This document shows positions 60,465 through 64,000 of a DNA stretch of 64,000 bases, piece by piece. Position 1 is the stretch's first letter. Every line of letters starts with the position of its first letter. Source of the DNA: Hyphochytrium catenoides (lineage: Eukaryota; Protista; Hyphochytriomycota); the NCBI GenBank assembly GCA_900088475.1, contig FLMG01001397.1, forward strand, positions 1 through 64,000. The letters are read 5' to 3'. Position numbers and translations under genes: made by a program. The notes below the pieces were generated by a model that was not told the origin of the DNA, searched no databases, and saw only the letters and a program-made list of their open reading frames with translations.

Positions 60465-62234
60465 ATGAGTTCAATTAAGCTCAGTAAAGACGTCGAGGAG
60501 CTTCTGAAGAGACATGAGCCCTCGCTAGAGCGTACCTTCCGTGGCCACCGAGAGAGCATTCTCAGCCTTTCTTTTCGACCCAGCATGCAGCAGCTGGCGT
60601 CATCTTCTTCTGATGGCTCCATCATGGTTTGGAACTTTCAGCCACAACAGCGAGCGTTAAGGTACGCCGCTCACTCTGCGGCAGTGCATGAGGTAGGTGC
60701 CAAGTGAAAAGCAGCAATGTTAAGACCACTTATTCTAAAGAGTGGATGCTGCAAACTCAAAGTTCAAACCGACCTAAAGGAGGGTCCTAGAACTTGAGAT
60801 TCGGCTGCAAAGACAACCTCTTCCGCTTCGTTTGACACAGTTCTTGCCCTACCTTGCCTTTCAATGTACAGGTCTCCTGGTCTCCCCAAGGTGACATGTT
60901 CGCCTCGGTATCACATGACCAGACCATCAAGGTGTGGCGGCCCACTGTGAAGGGAGAGCACTTTACTATCAAAGCTCACGCAGGTAGGGTAGTACAATTT
61001 CTTTGCTAAAACTATGTATTTCTTCGTTCATTAATGGTCTGCTTGCTGCTGTGTGGACCCAGGACCCATCAGATCTGTCGGGTTCAATGCCACAGGGGAC
61101 GAGATTGTGACGGCTTCTGACGACAAGTCCGTCAAGATATTCTCAATGCCAATGGGCACATTTAAAACAACGCTTCGGGGTCATTCTAACTGGGTCCGAT
61201 CGGCTAGATTTTCTCCGGACGGCACTCAGGTAGTGAGCGGCGGGGACGACAAGACTGTGAAGCTGTGGGACAAGGCAACTCAGAGCTGCCTCCGGACATA
61301 CTTCGATCAATCTTCCTCAATCACTAGTGTAGGCTTCCATCCACAGGGTGTGGCAGTAGCGGCTGGTGGGATGGATAAGTGCATTAATCTATGGGATGCT
61401 CGCTCGGACCGGCTTGTCCAGCACTACCAAGCACACCAAGAAGAGGTCACAAGCATCGCATTCCATCCATCTGGCGGATACATCGTCTCTACCTCTGGAG
61501 ATGCCACAGTCAAAATTTGGGATTTGAGAGAAGGGCGTCTCATCTACACGCTCTATGGGCACACTGGTCCAACCTTCGCCGCCACCTTCTCACCATGCGG
61601 TCAGTGGTTGGCTACCGGTGGTGCAGATAAAATCGTTATGACGTGGGATGCGAAGTTAGGAAAAGAAGCGCTTTCAAGGGAAGTGGCGGAAGAGGAGCTA
61701 AGTAAATCCTTGCAGAAAGAGTCAGGCCTTGGCCATGGTGAGAGAAGTGCGGCGCGTGGTGCCGCTTATGCTCTGGAGCGATTTGAAGAGAGCAGCATTC
61801 GCCGGCCTCGTGCTCCCGTGCCAGCCTCAAAGCTGCTGCCTTCACAAGCCAAGAAAACTTTTGCGCCAGGCCCTTCCCTTTCATTTTCTCGCCCCACACA
61901 TCCATCTATGCCTTCTAACCTACGGGCAGTTCAACCTCAATCACGAACGTCAACAAACAACCTCCCTGCCGCTAAACCCCAGGCTGAGAGTAGGAGGAGT
62001 ATAGGTCGTTCCTCAAGGACCCAATCTCACGTGCAGCAAGCCGCTGAGATCGAACAGGTCCAAGGCAACGGCAGGGGAGAGACTGAGGCCATTGCTGCTA
62101 CTTTGGAACACGTAGTTGGACAGCTGGATATCATTACTCGCACCTTATCTATCTTAGAGGAGAGGTTGACGATGACTGAAGATAAGGTTGCCCTTCTCGC
62201 TCAGGCCAGAGAGGAACACGCTAAAGCCGAGTGA
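60465..62234 (+). CDS. POC1: POC1 centriolar WD40 protein, 3 exons
   Basis: PSLERTFRGHR, WNFQPQQRALRY, LRGHSNWVRSARFSPDG, KIWDLREGRLIYTLYGH, and the Poc1 coiled coil TLEHVVGQLDIITRTLSILEERLTMTEDK. Confidence 0.95.
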
Positions 62235-62416
62235 TGGTCGTCTCTACTGGCAGTTGACGGGATACAGCTTGTGAAACTTACTGCTAAATACCAGGCACTC
62301 CATGCTACATCTCATGAACTGGCGAGTCCGCAAGGCGTCGCTTGGCGCGAAAGAGCGCAGCCAGCGCTTTATAATAGATTAAGTTAGGAGAGCTGTAAAG
62401 TGTGGAATAAATGAAC

Positions 62417-63071
62417 CTAGCTCTCAGCTTTAGCCTTAAGCTCGTACCAAGAGACGGCAACCTTTTTCGTTAGCGAGAGGATCACCTTGTCTGCCTTCCT
62501 GCGGAGCTTGACGTCTTCCACTTCGTCGTGTGGCTTGAAGCTTAGCAACAGGGTTTGACTATCATAGTTGTGCACTTTCAGAGAGAGGGATGTTGGAGAC
62601 CAGTCGAGCTCAAGTTGGTCCTCAGCAAGAGCCTCAATGCCTTCAAGCGGTATATAGATGGTAACTTTTTTCTCGCCATCCGCCCAGGAGTACTTTGTGA
62701 TGGCTTTTAGAGCTGGACGGTTGCTTGTGTCGGTTATGACCGTCTTACGGAGGAGCTTGGGAGCCTCCTGACCGTCCCACTTGTAGGTATAAACTCCTAG
62801 GACAACGCATTGTTAGACCATTGCCCAGAAGATGGTACGAAAGCATAAAGGCTAGCCTGGGTGGATAGAGTGCTGTCCCTGCCCACTAACCTTCAACATC
62901 TCTGGGTGCGTGTGCATAATAATAGCTATTCTTTCCCTTGGACTGAATGTTATGATGCAGAGCACTTGCGTTTGACTGGTTCGCTACGTCCTCATCCGGG
63001 GAAGGACCATCTCCCTCCGTCAGAGCACTAGCAGGCTCACTGACTATGGGCCCCTCATCTGCATCTGCCAT
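62417..63071 (-). CDS. CS (p23-like) domain co-chaperone-type protein, 2 exons
   Basis: NIQSKGKNSYYYAH; exon 2 AITKYSWADGEKKVTIYIPL...KADKVILSLTK...SWYELK. Confidence 0.82.
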
Positions 63072-64000
63072 GGGTCAGGCTCTTTTGTAAGGCTCCGGTC
63101 TCTTTGATGTCTGGTCTCTTCCGAGTGCAGGTAGACCTCCTCAAACTCTCCGGGAGACGGGCGGAAGGCAGAGAGAAAGGGTGTGGGCCAGCTGGAGGGG
63201 ACTCGAACTAGGCTACTCCCTTGGGAAGACTGAAGACTGAGAGCCAAGCCAGAGATGCTGGTGCGCTGGCTCTGCATAGGTGTTCTGGGGCCTAGCCTCT
63301 GCTGCCTCGAGTCGCTCAGCTTCAGGTCACTTGCCAACAGCCATCACTTGCATCACAACTGACCCCTTGAAAAAGTGTATCTGATATAAAGTATCTCCTT
63401 TTCCCCTACATGACCCTATTAGAGGAGGCGCCTTCGAGAACCAGATAGAAGTTGGAGATCCTGCTCTCGTGCGTCGTCCTGCTGCACCAGTTCCGGCGGC
63501 TGATGGAATGACAGATGTTGATTGACCAGCGGGCGAGAGGACAGGGCGGGGAAAGGGCGTGACGGAAGGGATTAGTACGTCCTCGTGTATCCGAAAGCCT
63601 TGCAAGATGGGGCGCTCCTTGCGTCGGTTGCTAAGTTCTCGTTCGAAGCCGCTAGGCGGGACCGCCGCCAGCAGGAAAGGAGCAATGGGGCAAGGTTCAA
63701 AAGAGTTACAATGGCCCCTTTGTTGGCTTCCCCTCCTTCTTGCCCTGCTGAGAGCCGCAGAGGTTCACATCATGATCGCTCATTCACATTGAAAGGTCTA
63801 CCGGCTAGTATGATCACACCTACACATACTACTACGAAGCGGCGGGTATGTTAGCTAGTTGGGATTCAGTGATTCAGTCACGTACTCTTCACCTCAGGTT
63901 TAAACCATCTACTCAAAACTGTCAAGCAATCCCTGCCGCCCTCAAAGCTTCAAGATGGAAAGCACATTTCCTAAGGGGACAGACAACCCGATAGATGCCT

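Noticed and set aside
1-64000. Alternative genetic code, tRNA or rRNA genes
   Set aside because: TAA, TAG and TGA all terminate conserved genes at expected positions; no tRNA- or rRNA-like sequence was recognised.

Overview
Eukaryotic nuclear DNA, about 50% GC, with GT-AG spliceosomal introns, CT/GA microsatellites and three N gaps. POC1 implies a centriole-bearing organism, probably a protist; the lineage cannot be fixed from this window. Conserved, spliced genes: DENN-domain Rab GEF, TMX-type thioredoxin (9 exons), kinesin-14, GBA2, an LRR protein, PSMG4, a mitochondrial-type RCC1-repeat protein, POC1 and a CS-domain protein. Interleaved with them are long intronless ORFs: a MEDS-PAS hybrid histidine kinase, a C2 protein, an 832-aa orphan membrane protein, a 1181-aa orphan and a 7TM-like protein. 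The most striking locus (2.3-6.6 kb, minus strand) is a PPR gene of about 34 near-identical 36-aa motifs strictly alternating between two types (216-bp DNA unit). Its RNA-specifying positions are among the variable sites, it is arranged in three duplicated modules, it carries four same-sign frameshifts, and it lies between two copies of a diverged ~570-bp direct repeat. Several decayed repeat/transposon-like tracts and a 144-bp tandem array are also present. All calls come from reading the sequence by eye; no database searches were run and exon coordinates are approximate.
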